Source: Patescibacteria group bacterium (GTDB lineage: Bacteria; Patescibacteriota; Minisyncoccia; Phycocordibacterales; JBBUBG01). Taken from it: DNA of 27,287 bases. The DNA lies in NCBI GenBank assembly GCA_040384765.1, contig JAZKIQ010000001.1, positions 160,168-187,454 on the forward strand. Direction: 5' to 3'. Positions within the stretch are counted from its first letter, which is position 1. Every line of letters starts with the position of its first letter. Positions 15,820-23,635 of this stretch are shown piece by piece. The position numbers and the translations under genes were made by a program. Below the pieces are notes generated by a model, which saw nothing but the letters and a program-made list of their open reading frames with translations, made no database searches and was not told the DNA's origin.

Positions 15820-17109
15820 TTATAGGCCAATGTTTACCCTTACTCCAGTTTCTGTCTTTACTTCTGTTCTTCCGTCCTGAATCTCCTTCTGTTCTATCGC
15901 TTGAGTCTCCTCTGACGCAGGAGGCTCTTTCACTTCAGAATCGGGTCGCACGCGAAGGCCGCCTGTCACTTCTGCCCGCACGCCAGGCATTAGAAGCTCA
16001 CTCTGTACGCGGCCTTCTGCTGCCACTTCGAGCTGAGCCTCCTGTGCGCGGCGCTGTGCTTTCTTGGCGAGAGCAAACGCCTCTGCATAGCTTTGTGCCT
16101 CGAGCTTTTTCTTTCCTGCCTCGAGATCAGCCTTGGCGAGAGCAAGTTTTGCCTCTGCCTCCGCTTTTACCTCAGAGCGCACCTCGGCCTTTGCCGAAAT
16201 GAAACGCTCTGCTTCGTTGATCTTGTTCTCTGCTGCGCGGAGTGCCCCCACGGCACCGAGCTTTACCTCTGCGCGAACAGACGAGTCAGCATTCTGTTCG
16301 TCTTTTTTCAAATCTGCCTCAAAAGAAGCTCGCCCTTCACGAACACGAGAGAGCTCAACATCGAGAATACCCACAAGGTCAACACCTTTTGCCTTTCCGG
16401 CAAATGAGGCGGACTTGGCATTCGTGCCATCTTCCGTAGCGCGTAGCGAGACTGCGGCAATTGCAGGCGCCGACTCATTTGAGTTTGCAGCTTCCCTTGC
16501 TGAAAGAGCTACGAGGAGGCCGCGATGGGCATCGAGCGAAGCTTCGAAGTCGGAGCTTACCGAGGCAGCCGCAGAAGCATCACCTTCAGCCTGGAGCCGA
16601 AGTACTGCTTCGTGCACCTTTTCTGCTCGTGCAGCAAAATGAGTAGCGATCTCGGCACGCTTCTCATCATCAAGGCGATCCTCCCGGGCAAGCTTCTCTG
16701 CCTCCTCGATTCGGCGAGAGGCGAGTCGTGCTTCAACTCCTGCACGCGCTTCGGCATTAGTTGCGAGGATTCGCTCGACGTTTTCGTTTACATTAATTTT
16801 TACCGAGTAGAGCGTATCGCCCGGCAAAGCTCCTGATGCAGCAGCTGTAGTACCGCCACCAAGGAGTAAAATAAGCATAAGTGCTATTGGCATAGGATTT
16901 CGTGCCCAAAAGGGATTTAAGAAATACGACCGTACCGGCACGTTGCCGTTACTTTTCATCTGACTCACCACCTCAGCGTTTGTGACCGAAACAATAGGAT
17001 TCGCACGCATAAAAGCCCGGATATTTGACTCCTGGAGCGATTTTTTCTCAGGCGAAAGGCCGATCGCCTTCACCTTCTGTGCTAGTTTTTTGAGCTGTTC
17101 TTCTGTCAT
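15820..17109 (-). CDS. DUF5667-domain membrane protein, probable anti-sigma factor (429 aa)
   Basis: About 70-aa N-terminal soluble region, TM IALMLILLLGGG, DUF5667 signature ALPGDTLYSVKINVNE...RRIEEA, long Ala/Glu/Lys helical tail. ATG 17109 is 4 bp after the sigma stop. Confidence 0.78.
   Translation of the reverse strand: MTEEQLKKLAQKVKAIGLSPEKKSLQESNIRAFMRANPIVSVTNAEVVSQMKSNGNVPVRSYFLNPFWARNPMPIALMLILLLGGGTTAAASGALPGDTLYSVKINVNENVERILATNAEARAGVEARLASRRIEEAEKLAREDRLDDEKRAEIATHFAARAEKVHEAVLRLQAEGDASAAASVSSDFEASLDAHRGLLVALSAREAANSNESAPAIAAVSLRATEDGTNAKSASFAGKAKGVDLVGILDVELSRVREGRASFEADLKKDEQNADSSVRAEVKLGAVGALRAAENKINEAERFISAKAEVRSEVKAEAEAKLALAKADLEAGKKKLEAQSYAEAFALAKKAQRRAQEAQLEVAAEGRVQSELLMPGVRAEVTGGLRVRPDSEVKEPPASEETQAIEQKEIQDGRTEVKTETGVRVNIGL
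16961..16987 (-). promoter_or_regulatory. Candidate ECF-type promoter inside the DUF5667 gene
   Basis: GGTCAC (16987-16982), N16, AGTCA (16965-16961). Same -35 hexamer and spacing as the motif before the sigma gene. Confidence 0.45.
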
Positions 17110-17113
17110 GGTA

Positions 17114-17617
17114 TTAAGCCGGCTTTTTTGGATATGCCTCTTTGAGCTTGGCAAGTCCACGCTTTATCCGTACGGCAATCGTATTTTCAAGCTGACCGGT
17201 TGCCTCTGCTATCTCTTTATTCGAAAGCCCATCCACATATCGCATATATACTGCCTCGCGATACTCCTCGGGAAGCGTAGCAAGCAACTTCATCGCCTGC
17301 TCACCGTCGAGCTGGTCGATCCACCTATCCGTATCATCAAATCCTGGATCAAAGCCTGCCTCGGCAAGTACGTCGAGCGACTCCTCTACATGCTTTCTGT
17401 ACTCATCTACAACCAGGTTGTGCGCAGTACGATAGAGAAACGCCTTCAAGTTATCGATCTTGTTTCCCTTTGCAATATACGCCCACACCTTCATATACGT
17501 ATCCTGTACCAAATCTGAAGCCGCCTCCGGCTTTTTGAGCCGAAAATAACAGTATCTATAGAGCGCATCAGAGTGCTCTTTGTAGGCATCAAGAAATGCA
17601 GTTTCCAATTCGGTCAT
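17114..17617 (-). CDS. ECF (group 4 sigma70 family) sigma factor; alternative start at 17662
   Basis: Region 2 ASDLVQDTYMKVW...KAFLYRTAHNLVVDEYRK and region 4 LPEEYREAVYMRYVDGLSNKEIAE..G..ENTIAVRIKRG. Confidence 0.93.
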   Translation of the reverse strand: MTELETAFLDAYKEHSDALYRYCYFRLKKPEAASDLVQDTYMKVWAYIAKGNKIDNLKAFLYRTAHNLVVDEYRKHVEESLDVLAEAGFDPGFDDTDRWIDQLDGEQAMKLLATLPEEYREAVYMRYVDGLSNKEIAEATGQLENTIAVRIKRGLAKLKEAYPKKPA

Positions 17618-17623
17618 ACTCTG

Positions 17624-17650
17624 TGACGGGAGGTCGGGTACGAAGTGACC
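17624..17650 (-). promoter_or_regulatory. Candidate autoregulatory ECF promoter giving a leaderless sigma mRNA
   Basis: GGTCAC (17650-17645), N16, CGTCA (17628-17624), then 6 nt to ATG 17617. CGTC is a common ECF -10 element. Confidence 0.55.
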
Positions 17651-17668
17651 CGAAACCTCCATCTGATT

Positions 17669-17677
17669 AGTCTAGCA
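17669..17677 (-). promoter_or_regulatory. Extended -10 (housekeeping) promoter of the ECF sigma gene
   Basis: TGCTAGACT, 6 nt before the in-frame ATG at 17662. Confidence 0.55.
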
Positions 17678-17718
17678 GGAAATAAAAGATTCTGTCCTCC
17701 TTTGACGGGCGCTAATAA

Positions 17719-17752
17719 CCAAAAAAAGCCCTATGGCGTAGGGCTTTTTTGG
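17719..17752. terminator. Terminator-like hairpin between divergent promoters
   Basis: CCAAAAAAAGCCCTA-tggcg-TAGGGCTTTTTTGG. No adjacent gene ends here. Confidence 0.6.
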
Positions 17753-17755
17753 CTA

Positions 17756-17784
17756 TTGACAAATTATAATCTATATGCTATTAT
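17756..17784 (+). promoter_or_regulatory. Near-consensus sigma70 promoter
   Basis: TTGACA (17756-17761), 17-nt spacer, TATTAT (17779-17784), with a TGn extension. Confidence 0.8.
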
Positions 17785-17831
17785 AGACCCATACCACAGA
17801 TACACCGACCTGACCGCAAGGAGTGCTCCCA

Positions 17832-17978
17832 ATGAAGAACACGAAGAAGTCCGCCGCCAAGCTCGTCATCCTGATGCTGCTCGCGCTCATCAGCGCGCCC
17901 ATCGTCACCGGCTGCGACTTCGAGTACTCGACGTACAAGCACGGCAAGTCCACCTGGTTCAACTGGAACGACCGCTAG
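17832..17978 (+). CDS. 48-aa predicted lipoprotein (below the ORF-track cutoff)
   Basis: MKNTKKSAAKLVILMLLALISAPIVTG/CDFEYSTYKHGKSTWFNWNDR*. Basic n-region, hydrophobic h-region, lipobox VTGC. SD AAGGAG at 17818-17823, own promoter and terminator. Every codon ends in G or C. Confidence 0.8.
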   Translation: MKNTKKSAAKLVILMLLALISAPIVTGCDFEYSTYKHGKSTWFNWNDR

Positions 17979-17998
17979 TCGATCCAGCCACCGGCCCG

Positions 17999-18042
17999 AA
18001 GGCCTGCAGAGATTCCCCACAAGGATATCTGCAGGCCTTTTT
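17999..18042 (+). terminator. Intrinsic terminator of the small lipoprotein gene
   Basis: AAGGCCTGCAGA...TCTGCAGGCCTT, a 12-bp stem followed by a T tract. Confidence 0.75.
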
Positions 18043-18051
18043 CTATTGTGC

Positions 18052-18180
18052 TTAACGGGTTCTTAATTTTTTGCCTCTCGCAATTCTATGCTGGACAACC
18101 GGATTCAATCTTGGGGGCATTGTCAGATGAGTATTTTTACGATGCGGAGGATTTACTTTTGGTAGAATGATCGATTTCAT
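18052..18180 (-). CDS. Possible 42-aa basic peptide
   Basis: MKSIILPKVNPPHRKNTHLTMPPRLNPVVQHRIARGKKLRTR*. AGGAG lies 7 nt upstream. Fills the gap between two terminators. No family recognised. Confidence 0.3.
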   Translation of the reverse strand: MKSIILPKVNPPHRKNTHLTMPPRLNPVVQHRIARGKKLRTR

Positions 18181-18242
18181 AGCGTTGCTCCTGTGGAGAC
18201 GAAATACGTCCTTGTTTCTGGCCCCAACCATTCTCAGAAATG

Positions 18243-18275
18243 AAAAAGGCGTCCCACACTGCTGGTGGGGCGCCT
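18243..18275 (-). terminator. Intrinsic terminator of the extended ECF sigma gene
   Basis: Minus strand AGGCGCCCCAC-cagcagt-GTGGGACGCCT-TTTT, about 16 bp past the stop at 18292. Confidence 0.7.
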
Positions 18276-18291
18276 GTTGCCAAGGCGAGCC

Positions 18292-19653
18292 TTAGCTCTT
18301 CGAGTACACCTGGTCGACGAGCGCGTAGAGCTGCAGCGCGCGCTGAACAGGCTCTGACGTCTCTGCGCGGAACTCATCCAGGACAGTATTGCGTTCGCGC
18401 TCTGCGTCGGCGATGATCTGGCTCAGCTTTTCAAGCCGCTTGAGCCGACCGATCGCTTTTTCGAGAGCTCCGAGCTCCACCCCATCGGGAAGCGAGAGGC
18501 CTCCAACGAGAATGGCGAGGCTGCTGCTTGCCGCCGGCTTCTCCGGAGGAGGCTCCGGAACTACGGCAGGCGAAGGCACTGCTTTCAAAGGATCGTCTTC
18601 GGTTTCGGGCTCGAGGTAGCTTGAGTCCACCACCTCATACACCACGTTCGGCCCTTTCCTAACCGTCCCATCGTTCTTGATCACTCCCGAAGACCGCAGC
18701 ATCGCGACCCCGCTGCGAGGCAAACCTCCCCGGAGATTGCCCACGAAGTTGCCGAGGTCGATGCACGACACGCGATTGCCGCCGTACTTCTCGATCACCT
18801 GCTCGCAAAGCTGCTTATTCAAAGCAGAGAGAGACGAAACCATCTTCTCACCCCTTTCTTTTGGAAGTTCCAGATCTGACTGTTGTTCAATGGGACTATC
18901 TTCCTCCACGAAATCGATGTGCGAGGGAAGCTCGATCACCAGCTCCGTTTCGGTACATATTCGAAGAGTGATCTGCGGCTGGATAGCCACACACTCCTGC
19001 ACCCGAGGTACCAAAGCAGCGAGAGTTGGCAGAGGATCATCTGCACTCGCAACTCTCTCCCGGAGTGTGACTCGAGCCCTGTGCAAGCGGCTTTTGATCT
19101 TCACTTCAGTGGTGCCAAGGAGGTTTGCCATCTCACCATACGAGCGACCTTGTAGCGGCCCGAGGATCATCACCTCTCGCTGTCGAGGAGGGAGGCTCCG
19201 AATCGCGTTGCTGATCGTTTCGTACTGTTTCCGACGCAGGACCTCCCCCTCTGGGGACCGATCACTTTGTCCAGATGCAAACCGAGTCTCATCAACCTCA
19301 TCGAGAGGTTCGTCAACCCTCCCGCGCTTGCTCCTCCTCTCTCTACCCAGATAGTGAAGCGCTACGTTGTGGGTTATCCGGTAGAGCCAGGTATACGGAG
19401 CCGACTTGAACTTGAAGGTACGGATGCTGCGATACGCCTGATAAAAAGCCTCTTGGACGATCTCCTCAGCGCTATCGGCATTTCTGTCGGCAAGGCTGAA
19501 TGCCAAGCCGAACAGTTTTTGCTGGTAACGATGGCATAGCTCCTCAAATGAGCCGCGATCACCTTCCTGGGACATCAGTATCAGATGGTCATCAGGAAGA
19601 GCATCTGCAGAGGAAGCAACCGACTGACCTTTCCCCGTACTCTTATCCTGCAT
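18292..19653 (-). CDS. ECF sigma factor with a ~250-aa C-terminal extension (453 aa)
   Basis: Region 2 AEEIVQEAFYQAYRSIRTF....YTWLYRITHNVALHYL and region 4 LPPRQREVMIL...GRSYGEMANLLG.....IKSRLHRAR. SD AAAGGAGGAG precedes ATG 19653. Confidence 0.85.
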   Translation of the reverse strand: MQDKSTGKGQSVASSADALPDDHLILMSQEGDRGSFEELCHRYQQKLFGLAFSLADRNADSAEEIVQEAFYQAYRSIRTFKFKSAPYTWLYRITHNVALHYLGRERRSKRGRVDEPLDEVDETRFASGQSDRSPEGEVLRRKQYETISNAIRSLPPRQREVMILGPLQGRSYGEMANLLGTTEVKIKSRLHRARVTLRERVASADDPLPTLAALVPRVQECVAIQPQITLRICTETELVIELPSHIDFVEEDSPIEQQSDLELPKERGEKMVSSLSALNKQLCEQVIEKYGGNRVSCIDLGNFVGNLRGGLPRSGVAMLRSSGVIKNDGTVRKGPNVVYEVVDSSYLEPETEDDPLKAVPSPAVVPEPPPEKPAASSSLAILVGGLSLPDGVELGALEKAIGRLKRLEKLSQIIADAERERNTVLDEFRAETSEPVQRALQLYALVDQVYSKS

Positions 19654-19695
19654 GAACTCCTCCTTTCCCGTTGTTTTTTTCGAACTGCCGTGCCG

Positions 19696-19724
19696 ATAGT
19701 AGCAAAGAAGCTCTGCCATTTCAA
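19696..19724 (-). promoter_or_regulatory. Sigma70 promoter of the extended ECF sigma gene
   Basis: TTGAAA (19724-19719), 17-nt spacer, TACTAT (19701-19696), with a TGn extension. Confidence 0.65.
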
Positions 19725-19749
19725 ACGACGAGCTGCTAGAGACCAAAAC

Positions 19750-22347
19750 TCACCGCACCGAGCTGCTTTTAAAAAGACTTTTCGCTCCTTCAATAAGAAC
19801 GATGTTGAGCAAGCCAACACCTACCACTCCTACTGCCCAGCTTGCGGGAAGCGGCACGGTATCAAAAAGCTCCTGAAGCGGAGGGAAATAGACCGCTGCG
19901 ATCATCAGCACGAATCCTATCCCAATACCGCCGGTAAGATAGCGGTTGGAAAAAAGTGAGTAGGAGAAGATACTTTTCTCAAGACTCTTTACCGAGAGGG
20001 CTACAAGCAGCGTATAGGTGCCAAAGGCGGCAAACGTAAAGGTGCGCACAAGCGCAAGGTCGTACCCGAGGTTGAGAAGAAGGACGTACAGCACAAACAA
20101 AAGCGCGCTCGTCGAGATGCCGATATCGAGAATAAGAAACTTCATCAACGGATCAAACAGTTCGAGCTTTTTGCTCTTGGGGCGATACGACAGGCCAACA
20201 TCATCTTTTTCAAACGCAAAAGCAATCGCTGGAAAACTATCTGAGAAAAAGTTTACCCACAAGATCTGTAGCGCATTGAGCGGCAGAGGCAAGCCAAGCA
20301 GGAGTGAGCCACCAATCAGGATAAGCCCATCCGTAACGTTTGAGAGCAGATACACAAGGACCTTTCGTATATTGCTCAAAATCTGTCTACCCTCTTCGAT
20401 GGCCGCCACAATTGTTTCAAAGTTGTCATCAAGGAGCACGAGATCAGCAACACTTTGCGAGACCTCCGTGCCGGAACCCATCGCGATTCCAACATCTGCC
20501 TGTTTGATACTTGGTGCATCGTTTACGCCGTCGCCGGTCATAGCGACGATCTCTCCACTCTCCTGAAAAAGCTGCACGATGCGCAACTTATCAAACGGAG
20601 TAACCCTCGAGATCACAGAAAGATGTGGAATACGCCGACGAAGCTCGCTATCTGAAAGAAGTGCCAGCTCCGAGGCATCAAGTACCGACTCTTCCGTGAT
20701 AGGAATACCAAGCTCAAGGGCCACAGCAACGGCCGTACCCCGATGGTCACCCGTCATAATTACCGTCTTGATTCCCGCTGCGCTAACTCGCTCAATGGTG
20801 TGTCGAATACCCGGACGAAGCGGGTCACGAAATGCGATGATCCCCTCAAATGAAAAGTGCGTAAGCGGAGCTCCTTTCAAAAACGAAAAATTCTCGGGAT
20901 GCGCGACCTCCTTTGTCGCGACCCCGAGCACCCGCTCTCCGGCGGAGGCAAGCTCTTCTATTCTCTTCTCGATCGCTTCACGCTCATCTTTCTCGAGCAC
21001 CGCATGTGCAAGGAGAATATCGGGCGCTCCAAAAAAGACAATCAGATGCTTTTCCCCTTCATGTATAAGTGAAGCCGAAAATTTCTGCACTGCGTTGAAC
21101 GGCATCGTCTGGAGAACATGACGCTTCTCCATGATTTCGCTATGCGGCACCCCTCTCTCGGCGGCTGCACGCACGAGAGCAGTTTCCATGATCTTGCCGC
21201 TCATGCGCCACTCCGCCGGCTCACCACTCGGATTCTCGATAAGCACCTGCGCGTTTATCAGTGCCCGCGAAAGGAGCTTCCCTTCGCTCCCCACAAAATG
21301 GATAAGCTTCGAGAGCATCATCTTTGCTGTAGTAAGGGTGCCTGTCTTGTCGGTCAGGATGACCGTCGTGCTCCCGAGAGCCTCGGCAGCCACAAGCTTG
21401 CGCACAACACCTTTGCGCTTTGCCATGCGCTCCACACCAACTGCCAAGATCACCGTCATCGAGATCGGCAGCCCCTCCGGAATGGCTGACACGGCCACCG
21501 CTACCGCGGTCAAAAACATCTGCAGAGGTGGCTCGCCGACAAAAAGGCCGATCACAAACACGAGAAGGGTCAGGAGTGACAGTACGAGGCTGAGCGTCAG
21601 GCTAAAATGAGTGATCGCTTTCTGAAGAGGTGTCTTTTCATTTTCCGCAGCAGCAATAAGCTCAGATATTTTTCCAATCTCAGTCGCGGGGCCCGTGCGA
21701 CACACAAAGGCGGTACAGACACCCTGAGTGACGAGCGTGCCGGCAAACACCATCGAGTCTTGGTCTGCAAGGGACGCAGCTAGGAGCACAGGAGCGGCCT
21801 CCTTTGACACCGGGAGAGACTCGCCGGTGAGCACCGCCTCATCCACCTGAAAATCGTTTACAAATACGACACGTGCATCGGCGGGCACCCGATCCCCTTG
21901 GGCAAGGCGAATGATATCCCCAACCACCACCTCTTCGGCATCTATCTCTCGCTCCACCCCCGAGCGCACAACTCGCGCTCTCTGGCGAAGATATGTTTTG
22001 AGTTCGGAAAGTGCGCGCTCCGCTTTATTCTCTTGATAAAAACCAAGGACGGCATTTACAACCACCGCGATAAAAATAAACACCGCATCGCGGTAGTGAG
22101 AGATACTGATCGTGACGATCCCCGCAAGGATAAGCACCAAAATAAGCGGGCTCGCGAGCTGAGATAGCGCAAGGTCGAGCCAGGCAGCTCTTTTCGACGA
22201 AGCGATACTGTTTGGACCAAAGCGCACCAGGCGTTCGCGGGCCTCGTCGACCGATAGCCCGCTCTTCTTGTCAGTCTCCACTTTCCTAGCCACCTCCTCG
22301 ATGGGAAGGCTCCAAAATGACACCGGCTCAATGTCGGAAGATTTCAT
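19750..22347 (-). CDS. P-type cation-transporting ATPase (P2A, Ca2+-type)
   Basis: LTGES, IPEGLP, DKTGTLT (phosphorylated Asp), DPLR, MTGD, TGDGVNDAP, QILWVN...D, about 10 TM helices. Confidence 0.95.
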   Translation of the reverse strand: MKSSDIEPVSFWSLPIEEVARKVETDKKSGLSVDEARERLVRFGPNSIASSKRAAWLDLALSQLASPLILVLILAGIVTISISHYRDAVFIFIAVVVNAVLGFYQENKAERALSELKTYLRQRARVVRSGVEREIDAEEVVVGDIIRLAQGDRVPADARVVFVNDFQVDEAVLTGESLPVSKEAAPVLLAASLADQDSMVFAGTLVTQGVCTAFVCRTGPATEIGKISELIAAAENEKTPLQKAITHFSLTLSLVLSLLTLLVFVIGLFVGEPPLQMFLTAVAVAVSAIPEGLPISMTVILAVGVERMAKRKGVVRKLVAAEALGSTTVILTDKTGTLTTAKMMLSKLIHFVGSEGKLLSRALINAQVLIENPSGEPAEWRMSGKIMETALVRAAAERGVPHSEIMEKRHVLQTMPFNAVQKFSASLIHEGEKHLIVFFGAPDILLAHAVLEKDEREAIEKRIEELASAGERVLGVATKEVAHPENFSFLKGAPLTHFSFEGIIAFRDPLRPGIRHTIERVSAAGIKTVIMTGDHRGTAVAVALELGIPITEESVLDASELALLSDSELRRRIPHLSVISRVTPFDKLRIVQLFQESGEIVAMTGDGVNDAPSIKQADVGIAMGSGTEVSQSVADLVLLDDNFETIVAAIEEGRQILSNIRKVLVYLLSNVTDGLILIGGSLLLGLPLPLNALQILWVNFFSDSFPAIAFAFEKDDVGLSYRPKSKKLELFDPLMKFLILDIGISTSALLFVLYVLLLNLGYDLALVRTFTFAAFGTYTLLVALSVKSLEKSIFSYSLFSNRYLTGGIGIGFVLMIAAVYFPPLQELFDTVPLPASWAVGVVGVGLLNIVLIEGAKSLFKSSSVR

Positions 22348-22373
22348 CGTGTGTTTACCTATCAGTATACCCC

Positions 22374-22985
22374 CTATTCGCGGAGACCCTTGAGGATACT
22401 GAACACTTTTTGCGCAATAACCTCATACCCCGAATCATTCGGGTGAATCTGATCAAACATGAGCGATGCTTTGCCTAGTATGCCCTCAAGGACATTCGGT
22501 ACATACGCTGCCTTTGCGCGCTCTGCAAGCTCGCGATACTCCTTTTCATAGTTATCCTTCAAAAGACCGCCTCGTACGCCAAGGAGCACCACAAGAGTCC
22601 CTCGGCTTTGAAGCTCACCAATGATCTTCTCGAGATTCTTCACTGTGTCAGCCTTGGGGATGCGCCGTAGATAGTCGTTCCCTCCAAGAAGCACGAGCAC
22701 GGTGCCCGCATCCATTTTAATCACTTCCGGGAGCCGCTTAAGGCCATCCTCTGTTGTGTTACCGCTTTTACCCAAATTAACGATGGGCTCGCCAATCTTT
22801 ACTGAAAGCACTGACACAAAATCTTTCCCCGTGCTTGCCCCCACGCCCTCCACCAAGCTATCTCCAAACGCTACGATCTTTGCATTCTTGGGTGGGTAGT
22901 TACGAATCTCTGTCTCTTGCTCGAAAAACTGGTACCCGAGAAAAATGAGTACGAGCGTAAGCACAAATACGACAGCGCGTTTCAT
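22374..22985 (-). CDS. GDSL/SGNH hydrolase (TesA/arylesterase-like) with N-terminal anchor
   Basis: Blocks FGDSL, NLGKSG, LGGND and DQIHPN. N-terminal hydrophobic segment. Confidence 0.9.
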   Translation of the reverse strand: MKRAVVFVLTLVLIFLGYQFFEQETEIRNYPPKNAKIVAFGDSLVEGVGASTGKDFVSVLSVKIGEPIVNLGKSGNTTEDGLKRLPEVIKMDAGTVLVLLGGNDYLRRIPKADTVKNLEKIIGELQSRGTLVVLLGVRGGLLKDNYEKEYRELAERAKAAYVPNVLEGILGKASLMFDQIHPNDSGYEVIAQKVFSILKGLRE

Positions 22986-23039
22986 CTCGCCAGTATAGCA
23001 ACTACCGGATAAGCACCTTTACAAAGGGTGTGCGAGAAA

Positions 23040-23606
23040 TTATCGCGCTTCACCTTCAAAGTCGGCTTCCACCACTCCCCATTTCATGCTCGCTGGGTCG
23101 AGTTTTAGATACGCGCTCTTTCCTACGGAAGGCTCCGCCGTCATCGGCTCGCCCGCCATGCGCTCTGCATAGTTCACCACAATCACATTTTTATGCTGAG
23201 GATTCTTGCTCATCTCAGTGCTCTGCGGAGCAATTCGATCGCCAAGGAGATATCCATCTGATCCGACATAACCCTGCTCAGTATTAAGCGCAGCTACAGC
23301 ATAGAAAAATACCCCCGATCCGCCGCGCTCTTGGGTCAGCAAGAATACCTTGTCTTCGCGCCCGTCGTCATTAAGGTCTATTGAAAGTTCATTTCCAAAA
23401 AAACGGGTAACTACGTTTGATGCCGAGCCGGCAACCGATGGTGTTTCCGAAAGACCGTTCTGAAGGAGCACCTTCTCCCCCTCAAGTACGTACTCTGTGT
23501 TTTTATAATCACCCAGGGTACCCGCACCTTGTTTGTATGAACGCCCTAGCAATAAAGCCGCCACCACGAGAACGATGAGACCACCTAGGATGTATCGCTT
23601 TGTCAT
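23040..23606 (-). CDS. Exported or membrane-anchored hypothetical protein (188 aa)
   Basis: N-terminal TM, DLNDDGREDKV acidic loop (Dx[DN]xDG Ca-binding-like), GGSGVFFY and LLGDRI. TATACT 6 nt before the ATG. Confidence 0.7.
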   Translation of the reverse strand: MTKRYILGGLIVLVVAALLLGRSYKQGAGTLGDYKNTEYVLEGEKVLLQNGLSETPSVAGSASNVVTRFFGNELSIDLNDDGREDKVFLLTQERGGSGVFFYAVAALNTEQGYVGSDGYLLGDRIAPQSTEMSKNPQHKNVIVVNYAERMAGEPMTAEPSVGKSAYLKLDPASMKWGVVEADFEGEAR

Positions 23607-23635
23607 ATATATAGTATAGCTTTAATTGCTGTGCT

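Noticed and set aside
17645-18055. 136-aa ORF-track ORF, and the minus-strand ORFs 17771-17962 and 17781-18020
   Set aside because: They run through promoter or terminator elements. The 48-aa frame at 17832 has the SD, lipobox and codon bias.
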